A DNA stretch of 64,000 nt from Eledone cirrhosa. Its lineage: Eukaryota. Both the position numbers and the translations under genes were made by a program. Location: the NCBI GenBank assembly GCA_964016885.1, contig OZ024741.1, positions 263,066,001 to 263,130,000 on the forward strand, written 5' to 3'. The notes below the pieces were generated by a model. It was not told the origin of the DNA. It saw only the letters and a list, made by a program, of their open reading frames with translations, and ran no database searches. Shown here one piece after another: positions 15,001 through 26,282 of the stretch (its first letter is position 1; every line of letters starts with the position of its first letter).

Positions 15001-18000
15001 CGAGTGTTTCGACTTACAAGTGTTTCGGCTTACGAGTGTTTCGGCTTACGAGTGTTTCGACTTACTAATGTTTTTACTTACGAGTGTTTCGGTGTACGAG
15101 TGTTTCGACTTAAGGATGTTTCGACTTACGAGTGTTTCGACTTACGAGTGTTTCGACTTACGAGTTTTCCGACTTACGAGTGTTCCGACTTACGAGTGTT
15201 TCGGCTTACGAGTGTTTCGGCTTACGAGTGTTTCGGCTTACGAGTGTTTTGACTTACGAGTGTTCTGACTACGAGTGTTCTGACTTACGGGTGTTCTGAC
15301 TTACGAGTGTTCCGACTTACGAGTGTTTCGGCTTATGAGTGTTTCGACTTACGGGCGTTTCGACTTACGGGTGTTTCGACTTACGAATGTTTTGGCTTAC
15401 GAGTGTTCTGACTTACGAGTGTTCCGACTTACGACTGTTTCGACTTACGAGTGTTTTGACTTACGAGTGTTCCGACTTACGAGTGTTTCGGCTTACGGGT
15501 GTTTCGACGTACGAGTATTTTTGGCTTACGAGTGTTTCGACTTACGAGTGTTTTGAATTACGATTGTTTCGGCTTACGAGTGTTTCGACTTACGAGTATT
15601 TCGACTTACGAGTTTTTTTACTTACGGTGTTTCGGCTTACGAGTGTTTCGACTTACGAGTGTTTTGACTTACGGGTGTTTTGACATACGAGTGTTTCGAT
15701 ACGAGTGCTCTGACTTACGAGTGTTCTGACTTACGAGTGTTCTGACTTACGAGTGTTCTGACTTACGGGTGTTCTGACTTACGTGTGTTCCGACTTACGA
15801 GTGTTTCGGTTATGGGTGTTTCGACTTACGAGTGTTTCGACTTACGAATGTTTTGGCTTACGAGTGTTTCGGCTTACGAATGTTTCGACTTACGAATGTT
15901 TTGGCTTACGAGTGTTTCGGCTTACGGGTGTTTCGATTTACGAGTGTTTCGACTTACGAGTGTTTTGACTTACGGTGTTTCGGCTTACGATTTATTCGAC
16001 ATACGAGTGTTTCGACTTACGGGTGTTTCGACTTACGGGTGTTTCGACTTACGAGTGTTTCGACTTATGAGTGTTTCGACTTACGAGTGTTCTGACTTAC
16101 GAGTGTTCTGACTTACGAGTGTTCCGACTTACGAGTGTTTCGGTTTACGAGTGTTTCGACATACGAGTGTTTTGACTTACGGGTGTTACGACTTACGGGT
16201 GTTTCGACTTACGAGTGTTTCGGCTTACGAGTGTTTCGACTTACTAATGTTTTTACTTACGAGTGTTTCGGTGTACGAGTGTTTCGACTTAAGGATGTTT
16301 CGACTTGCGAGTGTTTCGACTTACGTGTGTTTCGGCTTACGTGAGTTTCGACTTAAGAGTGTTCTGATTTACGAGTGTTCTGACTTGCGGGTGTTCTGAT
16401 TTACGAGTGTTCCGACTTACGAGTGTTTCGGCTTATGGGTGTTTCGACTTACGAGTGTTTCGGCTTACGAGTGTTTCGACTTATGGGTGTTTCGACTTAC
16501 GAGTGTTTTTACTTACGGTGTTTCGGCTTACGAGTGTTTCGACATACGAGTGTTCAGACTTGCGAGTGTTCCGACTTACGAGCGTTCCGACTTACGAGTG
16601 TTTCGACTTACGAGTGTTAAGACTTACGGGTGTTTTGACATACGAGTGTTTCGATACGAGTGTTTCGACTTACGAGTGTTACGAGTGTTCTGACTTACGA
16701 GTGTTCTGACTTACGAGTGTTCTGACCTACGAGTGTTCTGACTTACGAGTGTTCTGACTTACGAGCGTTCTGACTTACGAGTGTTCCGACTTACGAGTGT
16801 TTCGGCTTACGAGTGTTTCGACTTACGAGTGTTATGACTTACGAGTGTTCCGACTTACGAGCGTTCCGACTTACGAATGTTTCGGCTTACAAGTGTTCCG
16901 ACTTACAAGTGTTTCGACTTACGAGTGTTTTGACTTACGGTGTTTCTGCTCACGAGTGTTTCGACTTACGAGTGTTAAGACTTACGGGTGTTTTGACATA
17001 CGAGTGTTTCGATACGAGTGTTTCGACTTACGAGTGTTACGAGTGTTCTGACTTACGAGTGTTTCGACTTACGAGTGTTCTGACCTACAAGTGTTCTGAC
17101 TTACGAGTGTTTCGACTTACGATTGTTTTTTTCACTTACGGGTGTTTCGACTTACGCGTGTTTCGATTTACGAGTGTTTAGACTTGAGTGTTTCGACTAC
17201 GAATGTTCCGACTTACGAGTGTTTCGACTTACGAGTGTTTCGACTTACGGGTGTTCCGACTTACGAGTGTTTCGGCTTACGATTGTTTCGACTTACGAGT
17301 GTTTCGGTTTACGAGTGTTTCGACTTACGGGTGTCTTGACTTACGATTGTTTGGGCTTACGAATGTTTCGACTTACGAGTGTTTCGACTTACGAGTGTTT
17401 TGATTTACGGTGTTTCGGCTTACGAGTGTTTTGACTTACGAGTGTTTTGACTTACGGGTGTTTTGACATACGAGTGTTTCGATACGAGTGTTCTGACTTA
17501 CGAGTGTTCTGACTTACGAGTGTTCTGACTTACGAGTGTTCTGACTTACGAGTGGTCTGACTTACGGGTGTTCTGACTTACGAGTGTTCCGACTTACGAG
17601 TGTTTCAGCTTATGAGTGTTTCGACTTACGAGTGCTTCGGTTTACGAGTGTTTCGACTTACGAGTGTTTCGGCTTACGAGTGTTTCGACTTACGAATGTT
17701 TTGGCTTACGAGTGTTTCGGCTTACGAGTGTTTCGGCTTATGAGTGTTTCGACTTACGAGTGTTTTGACTTATGGTGTTTCGGCTTACGAGTGTTTCGAC
17801 ATACGAGTGTTTTGACTTACGGGGGTTTCGACTTACGGGTGTTTCGACGTAAGAGTGTTTCGACTTACGAGCGCTTCGACTTACGAGTGTTTCGACTTAC
17901 GAGTATTTCGGCGTACGAGTGTTTTGACTTACGAGTGTTTCGACTTACGAGTGCTTTGACTTACGAATGTTTTGAATTACTTCGACTTACGAGTGATCTG

Positions 18001-19118
18001 ACTTACGAGTGTTCCTACTTACGAGTGTTTCGACTTACAAGTGTTTCGACTTGCGAGTGTTTCGACTTACGAGTGTTTCGACTTACGAGTGTTCTGAATT
18101 ACGAGTGTTCTGACTTACGAGTGTTCTGACTTACGAGTGTTCCGACTTACGAGTGTTTCGACTTACGAGTGTTTTGACTTACGAATGTTCTGACTTACGG
18201 ATGTTTCGCCTTACGAGTGTTTCGACTTACGAGTGTTTTAACTTACGGGTGTTTCTACTTACGAGTGTTTCGGCTTACGAGTGTTTCGACTTACGAAAAT
18301 AACAAATAGACGCGGTTTCAAATATCTATGCTTTTCAAATTCATTACATTAATCTTTATTTATACGTTTCGCTTTACGAGTGTTTCGGCGTACGAGTGTT
18401 TCGACTTACGAGTGTTTTAACTTACGGTTGTTTCGACTTACGCCTTTTTCGACTACGAATGTTCCGACTTACGAGTGTTTCGACTTACGAGTGTTTCGAC
18501 TTACGAGTGCTTTGACTTACGAATGTTTTGACTTACTTCGACTTACGAGTGATCTGACTTACGAGTGTTCCTACTTACGTGTATTTCGACTTACGAGTGT
18601 TTCGACTTGCGAGTGATTCGACTTACGAGTGTTTCGGCTTACGAGTGTTTCGGTGTTTCGGCTTACGTGTGTTACGACTTACGAGTGTAATGATTACGAG
18701 TGTTTCGGCTTATGAGTGTTTCGACTTACGAGTGTTTCGACTTACGAGTATTTCGGCTTACGAGTGTTTCGACGTACGAATGTTTTGGCTTACGAGTGTT
18801 TCGGCTTATGAGTGTTTCGACTTACGAGTATTTCGACTTACGAGTGTTTCGGCTTACGAGTGTTACGAGTGTTCTGACTTACGAGTGTTTCGACTTACGA
18901 GTGTTCTGACCTACGAGTGTTCTGACTTACGAGTGTTTCGACTTACGAGTGTTTTGACTTACGGGTGTTTCGACTTACGGGTGTTCCGATTTACGAGTGT
19001 TTCGGCTTACGATTGTTTCGACTTACGAGTGTTTCGGCTTACGAGTGTTTCGACTTACGAGTGTTTTGACTTACGGGTGTTTTGACATACGAGTGTTTCG
19101 ATGCGAGTGTTCTGACTT
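1..19118. repeat. 16-bp satellite array (consensus GACTTACGAGTGTTTC) with higher-order repeats
   Basis: Tandem 16-mers (occasional 14/15/17-nt variants) run from the window start to about 19118. Near-identical blocks recur at offsets of 1720-1736 bp and 2501-2532 bp, visible as repeated identical pseudo-ORFs. Confidence 0.97.
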
Positions 19119-20623
19119 TTCACTGTCAGTGCCAGTGTTGTTTTTTATGTTGCTGTTTTCTCTGTCAGTGCCAGTGATGTTGTAGTTGTTGCTGTTTTCT
19201 CTGTTAGTGCCAGTGTTGTTGTAGTTGTTGCTGTTTTCTGTGTCAGTGCCAGTGTTGTTGCTGTTGCTGTTTTCTCTGTCAGTGCCAGTGTTGTTGTAGT
19301 TGTTGCTGCTTTCTCTGTCAGTGCCAGTGTTGTTGTAGTTGTTTCTGTTTTCTGTGTCACTGCCAGTGTTGTTGTTGTTGCTGTTTTCTCTGTCAGTACC
19401 AGTGTTGTTGTAGTTGTTGCTGTTTTCTGTGTCAGTGCCACTGTTGTTGTTGCTGTTTTCTGTGTCTGTGCCAGTGTTGTTGTTGTTGCTGTTTTCTCTG
19501 TCAGTGCCAGTGTTGTTGTTGTTGCTATTTTCTCTGTCAGTGCCAATGTTGTTGCTGTTTTCTCTGTCAGTGCCAGTGTTGTTGTTGCTGTTTTCTGTGT
19601 CAGTGCCAGTGTTGTTGCTGTTGCTGTTTTCTCTGTCACTGCCAGTGTTGTTGTAGTTGTTGCTGTTTTCTCCGTCAGTGCCAGTGTTGTTGTAATTGTT
19701 GCTGTTTTCTGTGTCAGTGCCAGTGTTGTTGCTGTTGTTGCTGTTTTCTGTGTCAGTGTCAGTGTTGTTGTTGTTGCTGTTTTCTCTGTCAGTGCCAGTG
19801 TTGTTCTTGCTATTTTCACTGTCAGTGCCAGTGTTGTTGTAGTTGTTGCTGTTTTCTCTGTCAGTGCCAGTGTTGTTGTAGTTGTTGCTGTTTTCTGTGT
19901 CAGTGCCAGTGTTTTTGTTGTTGCTGTTTTCTCTGTCAGTGCCAGTGTTGTTGTAGTTGTTGCTGTTTTCTGTGTCAGTGCCAGTGTTGTTGTTGCTGTT
20001 TTCTGTGTCAGTGCCAGTGTTGTTGTTGCTGTTGTTGCTGTTTTCTGTGTCAGTGCCAGTGTTGTTGCTGTTGCTGTTTTCTCTGTCAGTGGCAGTGTTG
20101 TTGTAGTTGTTGCTGTTTTCTCTGTCAGTGCCAGTGTTATTGTAGTTGTTGCTGTTTTCTGTGTCAGTGCCAGTGTTGTTGTTGCTGTTTTCTCTGTCAG
20201 TGCCAGTGTTGTTGTAGTTGGTGCTGTTTTCTCTGTCAGTGCCAGTGTTATTGTAGTTGTTGCTGTTTTCTGTGTCAGTGCCAGTGTTGTTGTAGTTGTT
20301 GCTGTTTTCTCTGTCAATGCCAGTGTTGTTGTTGTTGTTGCTGTTTTCTCTGTCAGTGCCAGTGTTGTAGTTGTTGTTGTTTTCTCTGTCAGTGCCAGTG
20401 TTGTTGTAGTTGTTGCTGTTTTCTGTGTCAGTGCCAGTGTTGTTGTTGTTGCTGTTTTCTTCGTCAGTGCCAGTGTTGTTGTTGTTGCTGTTTTCTCTGT
20501 CAGTGCCAGTGTTGTTGTTGTTGCTGTTTTCTGTGTCAGTGCCATTGTTATTGCTGTTGTTGCTGTTTTCCGTGTCAGTGCCAGTGTTGTTGTTGCTGTT
20601 GTTGCTGTTTTCTGTGTCAGTGC
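19117..20623 (-). repeat. 33-42-bp satellite (reverse orientation of ACACTGGCACTGACASAGAAAACAGC(AAC)n)
   Basis: Tandem units of tgttgttgctgttttctctgtcagtgccag with a variable number of (ttg) triplets. Confidence 0.95.
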
Positions 20624-20823
20624 NNNNNNNNNNNNNNNNNNNNNNNNNNNNNNNNNNNNNNNNNNNNNNNNNNNNNNNNNNNNNNNNNNNNNNNNNNNNN
20701 NNNNNNNNNNNNNNNNNNNNNNNNNNNNNNNNNNNNNNNNNNNNNNNNNNNNNNNNNNNNNNNNNNNNNNNNNNNNNNNNNNNNNNNNNNNNNNNNNNNN
20801 NNNNNNNNNNNNNNNNNNNNNNN
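20624..20823. other. Assembly gap (200 N)
   Basis: Exactly 200 N, a fixed-size scaffolding spacer. Confidence 0.98.
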
Positions 20824-23800
20824 ACACTGGAACTGACACAGAAAACAGCAACAGTAACAACAACAACACTGGCACTGACAGAGAAAACAGCAACAGCAAG
20901 AACACTGGCACTGACACAGAAAACAGCAACAACTACAACAACACTGGCACGGAAAACAGCAACAACAGCAACAACAACACTGGCACTGACACAGAAAACA
21001 GCAACAACAGCAACAACAACGCTGGCACTGACACAGAAAACAGCAACAACAGCAACAACACTGGCACTGGCACAGAAAACAGCAACAGCAACAACAACAC
21101 TGGAACTGACACAGAAAACAGCAACAGTAACAACAACACTGGCACTGACACAGAAAACAGCAACAACAACACTGGCACTGACACAGAAAACAGCAACAAC
21201 AACAACACTGGCACTGACAGTGAAAATAGCAACAACAACAACATTGGCACTGACAGAGAAAACAGCAACAACAACAACACTGGCACTGACACAGAAAACG
21301 GCAACAACTACAACAACACTGGCACTGACAGAGAAAACAGCAACAACTACAACAATACTGGCACTGACAGAGAAAACAGCAACAACTACAACAACACTGG
21401 CACTGACACAGAAAACAGCAACAACAACAACACTGGCACTGACACAGAAAACAGCAACAACTACAACACTGGCACTGACAGAGAAAACAGCAACAACAAC
21501 AACAACACTGGCACTGACAGAGAAAACAGCAACAACTACAACAACACTGGCACTGACAGAGAAAACAGCAACAACTACAACAACACTGGCACTGACAGAG
21601 AAAATAGCAACAACAACAACACTGGCACTGACACAGAAAACAGCAACAACTACAACAACACTGGCACTGACACAGAAAACAGCAACAACTACAACAACAC
21701 TGGCACTGACAGACAAAACAGCAACAACTACAACAACACTGGCACTGACACAGAAAACAGCAACAACTACAACAACACTGGCACTGACAGAGAAAACAGC
21801 AACAACAACAACACTGGCACTGACAGAGAAAACAGCAACAACAACAACACTGGCACTGACAGAGAAAACAGCAACAACTACAACAACACTGGCACTGACA
21901 GAGAAAACAGCAACAACAACAACACTGGCACTGACACAGAAAACAGCAACAACACCACTGGCACTGACAGAGCAAACAGCAACAACAACAACACTGGCAC
22001 TGACACAGAAAACAGCAACAACAACAACACCGGCACTGACACAGAAAACAGCAACAACTACAACAACACTGGCACTGACACAGAAAACAGCAACAGCAAC
22101 AACAACACTGGAACTGACACAGAAAACAGCAACAGTAACAACAACAACACTGGCACTGACAGAGAAAACAGCAACAGCAAGAACACTGGCACTGACACAG
22201 AAAACAGCAACAACTACAACAACACTGGCACGGAAAACAGCAACAACAGCAACAACAACACTGGCACTGACACAGAAAACAGCAACAACAACAGTGGCAC
22301 TGACACAGAAAACAGCAACAACAACAGTGGCACTGACACAGAAAACAGCAACAACAGCAACAACACTGGCACTGGCACAGAAAACAGCAACAGCAACAAC
22401 AACACTGGAACTGACACAGAAAACAGCAACAACAACACTGGCACTGGCACAGAAAACAGCAACAGCAACAACAACACTGGAACTGACACATAAAACAGCA
22501 ACAGTAACACAACACTGGCACTGACACAGAAAACAGCAACAACAACACTGGCACTGGCACAGAAAACAGCAACAGCAACAACAACACTGGAACTGACACA
22601 TAAAACAGCAACAGTAACACAACACTGGCACTGACACAGAAAACAGCAACAACAACACTGGCACTGACACAGAAAACAGCAACAACTACAACAACACTGG
22701 CACTGACAGAGAAAACAGCAACAACTACAACAACACTGGCACTGACAGAGAAAACAGCAACAACTACAACAACACTGGCACTGACACAGAAAACAGCAAC
22801 AACAACAACACTGGCACTGACACAGAAAACAGTAACAACTACAACAACACTGGCACTGACAGAGAAAACAGCAACAACAACAACAACACTGGCACTGACA
22901 GAGAAAACAGCAACAACTACAACAACACTGGCACTGACAGAGAAAACAGCAACAACTACAACAACACTGGCACTGACACAGAAAACAGCAACAACTACAA
23001 CAACACTGGCACTGACACAGAAAACAGCAACAACTACAACAACACTGGCACTGACAGAGAAAATAGCAACAACAACAACACTGGCACTGACACAGAAAAC
23101 AGCAACAACTACAACAACACTGGCACTGACACAGAAAACAGCAACAACTACAACAACACTGGCACTGACAGAGAAAACAGCAACAACAACAACAACACTG
23201 GCACTGACACAGAAAACAGCAACAGCTACAACAACACTGGCACTGACACAGAAAACAGCAACAACTACAACAACACTGGCACTGACAGAGAAAACAGCAA
23301 CAACTACAACAACACTGGCACTGACAGAGAAAACAGCAACAACTACAACAACACTGGCACTGACAGAGAAAATAGCAACAACAACAACACTGGCACTGAC
23401 AGAGAAAACAGCAACAACAACAACACTGGCACTGACAGAGAAAACAGCAACAACAACAACACCGGCACTGACACAGAAAACAGCAACAACTACAACAACA
23501 CTGGCACTGACAGAGAAAACAGCAACAACTACAACAACACTGGCACTGACAGAGAAAACAGCAACAACAACAACACTGGCACTGACACAGAAAACAGCAA
23601 CAACTACAACAACACTGGCACTGACAGAGAAAACAGCAACAACTACAACAACACTGGCACTGACAGAGAAAACAGCAACAGCAACAACACTGGCACTGAC
23701 ACAGAAAACAGCAACAACTACAACAACACTGGCACTAACACAGAAAACAGCAACAACTACAACATCACTGGCACTGACAGAGAAAACAGCAACAGCAACA

Positions 23801-24248
23801 ACAACAACAACACTGGCACTGACACACAAAACAGCAACAACTACAACAACACTGGCACTGACAGAGAAAACAGCAACAACTACAACAACACTGGCACTGA
23901 CACAGAAAACAGCAACAACAACACTGGCACTGACACAGAAAACAGCAACAACTACAACAACACTGGCACTGACAGAGAAAACAGCAACAACACTGGCACT
24001 GACACAGAAAACAGCAACAACAACAACACTGGCACTGACAGAGAAAACAGCAACAACAACAACAACACTGACACAGAAAACAGCAACAACTACAACAACA
24101 CTTGCACTGACAGAGAAAACAGCAACAGCAACAACACTGGCACTGACACAGAAAACAGCAACAACAACACTGGCACTGACACAGAAAACAGCAACAACAA
24201 CAACAACACTGGCACTGACACAGAAAACAGCAACAACTACAACAACAA
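20824..24248 (+). repeat. 33-42-bp satellite ACACTGGCACTGACASAGAAAACAGC(AAC)n
   Basis: Same unit as 19117-20623 but reverse-complemented. Unit lengths mostly vary by multiples of 3, which creates spurious long ORFs. Confidence 0.95.
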
Positions 24249-24559
24249 TTACCTTTAACTTGTCTATACATTGTTTGGCCTTACATGCATTTAAAAGTTT
24301 ATCAACACAATGCTTTCAAAAACTGCCTCAAAAATCAATATTTATAAACTTTTAAATATCATTATTAGACATTTTTATATTGAAAAATTTGTTTTTCATT
24401 TCTTTCTGGAAAAATTCAAATAAAAAAATTAAAATCTATTCTGACGGAGTTATCATCATCATTATTTTGATGTTTGCTTTCTCTTCTAGCAAAGGTTGGA
24501 TGGGTCTATATAGACCAAGTCAGTACTGAAGCAGTGGCTACTGATATACCAGGCAAGCC

Positions 24560-24945
24560 AGAGATCTGTCAGTTCACATTCTACTGAGTACACAGGAGAG
24601 GTTGTCATATCTTTGACACAACTGAGGGTCCTCCCAGCACTTTGTTTGGCAAGCTTTCTATGGCTGGATACCCTTCCTGTCATCAACCACTTTACTGCAT
24701 GTACTGGGTGCACATATTGTGTAGATCACCAAACACTAAGAAGGTTGTCATGCCCTTAACACAACTGAAGGGTCCTCCCAGCACTTTGTTTGGCTAGCTT
24801 TCTTCAGCTGGATGCCCTTCCTATCACCAACCACTTTACTGTATGTACTGGGTGTGTTTAACATGTAAATCACCAAACACTAGGGCAGCTGTCGTGCCTT
24901 GATGCAACTGGGGGGTCCTCTAACCCTTTGTTTGGCAAGCCCTCC
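24560..24945. repeat. About 144-bp diverged tandem duplication related to RTE/SINE 3' ends
   Basis: gtcctc..ctttgtttggc recurs near 24628, 24772 and 24915. The units contain ctggatgcccttcct..ccaaccactttac, also seen in the RTE 3' UTR near 32480. Confidence 0.55.
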
Positions 24946-25188
24946 AACAAATATTCACCACAATTCAAAAGTAGTTTTTTTCAATTAGCAGTTCACCAAA
25001 AAGAGATTAATAAAATAAACACTACTAGACTTGAAAAAGACAAAAAATTAATTCCTGTGGTTGATATGATGGACTAAATCAAGTCGGTGCTCCAGTATGG
25101 CAGCAGTTTAATACTGCAAGAGGTAAATGAGTAAAAGAGACAAATTTATTGCCATGAAGATATTAAAATAAGAAAAAATAAAACTTAC

Positions 25189-25401
25189 GGCAAGCACAAG
25201 AGAGATGGTCATGATAATACTAAGTACAAACATTCCCATTAGTCCTGTAAGGTGTAATACCCGACGTCCTGAATATTCCATGAGAGGGATACTAATAAAT
25301 GTCATGATGACCATTACAGCACCAATACTACTGTTTGCATGGTTGGCAGCTGCAACACTCATTCCAGCCATGGTGAACAGGGATTGAGAATAGTAGAGAA
25401 C
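25189..25401 (-). CDS. SLC2A1-like: GLUT/SLC2A transporter exon (TM7b-TM9): VLYYSQSLFT...EYSGRRVLHLTGLMGM...LVLA
   Basis: tttctag acceptor and gtaagt donor; 213 nt, phase 0/0; GRR motif of the sugar porter family. Confidence 0.92.
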
Positions 25402-26110
25402 CTAGAAATAATACAAGATATGGATTAGGGTGCAGTCAAGTTGTGAACAAGGATTGGGTGTAATAGAGAACCTAGAAATAATACAAAATATGGATTAGGG
25501 TGCAGTCAAGTTGTGAACAAGGATTGGGTGTAATAGAGAACCTAGAAATAATACAAAATATGGATTAGGGTGCAGTCAAGTTGTGAACAAGGATTGGGTG
25601 TAATAGAGAACCTAGAAATAATACAAGATATGGATTAGGGTGCAGTCAAGTTGTGAACAAGGATTGGGTGTAATAGAGAACCTAGAAATAATACAAGATA
25701 TGGATTAGGGTGCAGTCAAGTTGTGAACAAGGATTGGGTGTAATAGAGAACCTAGAAATAATACAAGATATGGATTAGGGTGCAGTCAAGTTGTGAACAA
25801 GGATTGGGTGTAATAGAGAACCTAGAAATAATACAAGATATGGATTAGGGCGTAGACAAGTTGGGCAAATGGTAATGGTAAAATAGGGATTAGGTATAGG
25901 AGAGAACCTAAAAATAGGACAAGATACAGGTTAGGGTGCATTCAAGTTGTGAATAGGGATCGGTTGTAGAAGGAAACGTGGAAACAAGATCAGATATAGG
26001 AGACAGATTAGGGTGTAGACAAGTTGTGAACAGAGATTGGGAATAGTAGAGGACCTGGAAACAAGATGAGATATGGGATAGGGTGTAGACAAGTTGTGAA
26101 TAGGGATTGG
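25393..26110. repeat. 70-bp minisatellite (7 near-perfect plus degenerate copies) containing the GLUT splice acceptor
   Basis: cctagaaata recurs at 25401, 25471, 25541, 25611, 25681, 25751 and 25821; degenerate copies continue to about 26110. Confidence 0.9.
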
Positions 26111-26242
26111 GGATATCTGTAAATTTTTACTCCTAAATAATTTTGAAAAAATGAAGCTCTACAAATTCTTCTTTTTAGCCTGTATAGTATTTGAGCTATT
26201 TAAGGTGTAATATAACTGAAATGGTTTATGTTAGTATATTCT

Positions 26243-26280
<38 letters not shown>

Positions 26281-26282
<2 letters not shown>

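Noticed and set aside
152-19085. Dozens of MFRLTSVSTYECFDLRVF-type ORFs
   Set aside because: They are translations of the 16-bp satellite (48-nt frame cycle), with no gene structure.
1-19118. CRISPR array or telomeric repeat
   Set aside because: There are no unique spacers, the context is eukaryotic, and the unit is not TTAGGG-like.
1-19118. Canonical CENP-B box in TTCGACTTACGGG units
   Set aside because: The units lack the 2-nt spacer of TTCGnnnnAnnCGGG; this is only a near miss.
19071-24271. Long Cys-, Thr-, Val- or Asn-rich ORFs (mucin/antifreeze/metallothionein-like)
   Set aside because: The satellite has triplet-length units, is open in several frames on both strands, and spans an N gap.
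24249-24300. Donor-like AGGTAA at the satellite edge as a further GLUT exon
   Set aside because: The upstream sequence shows no similarity to GLUT TM10-12 in the frames examined.
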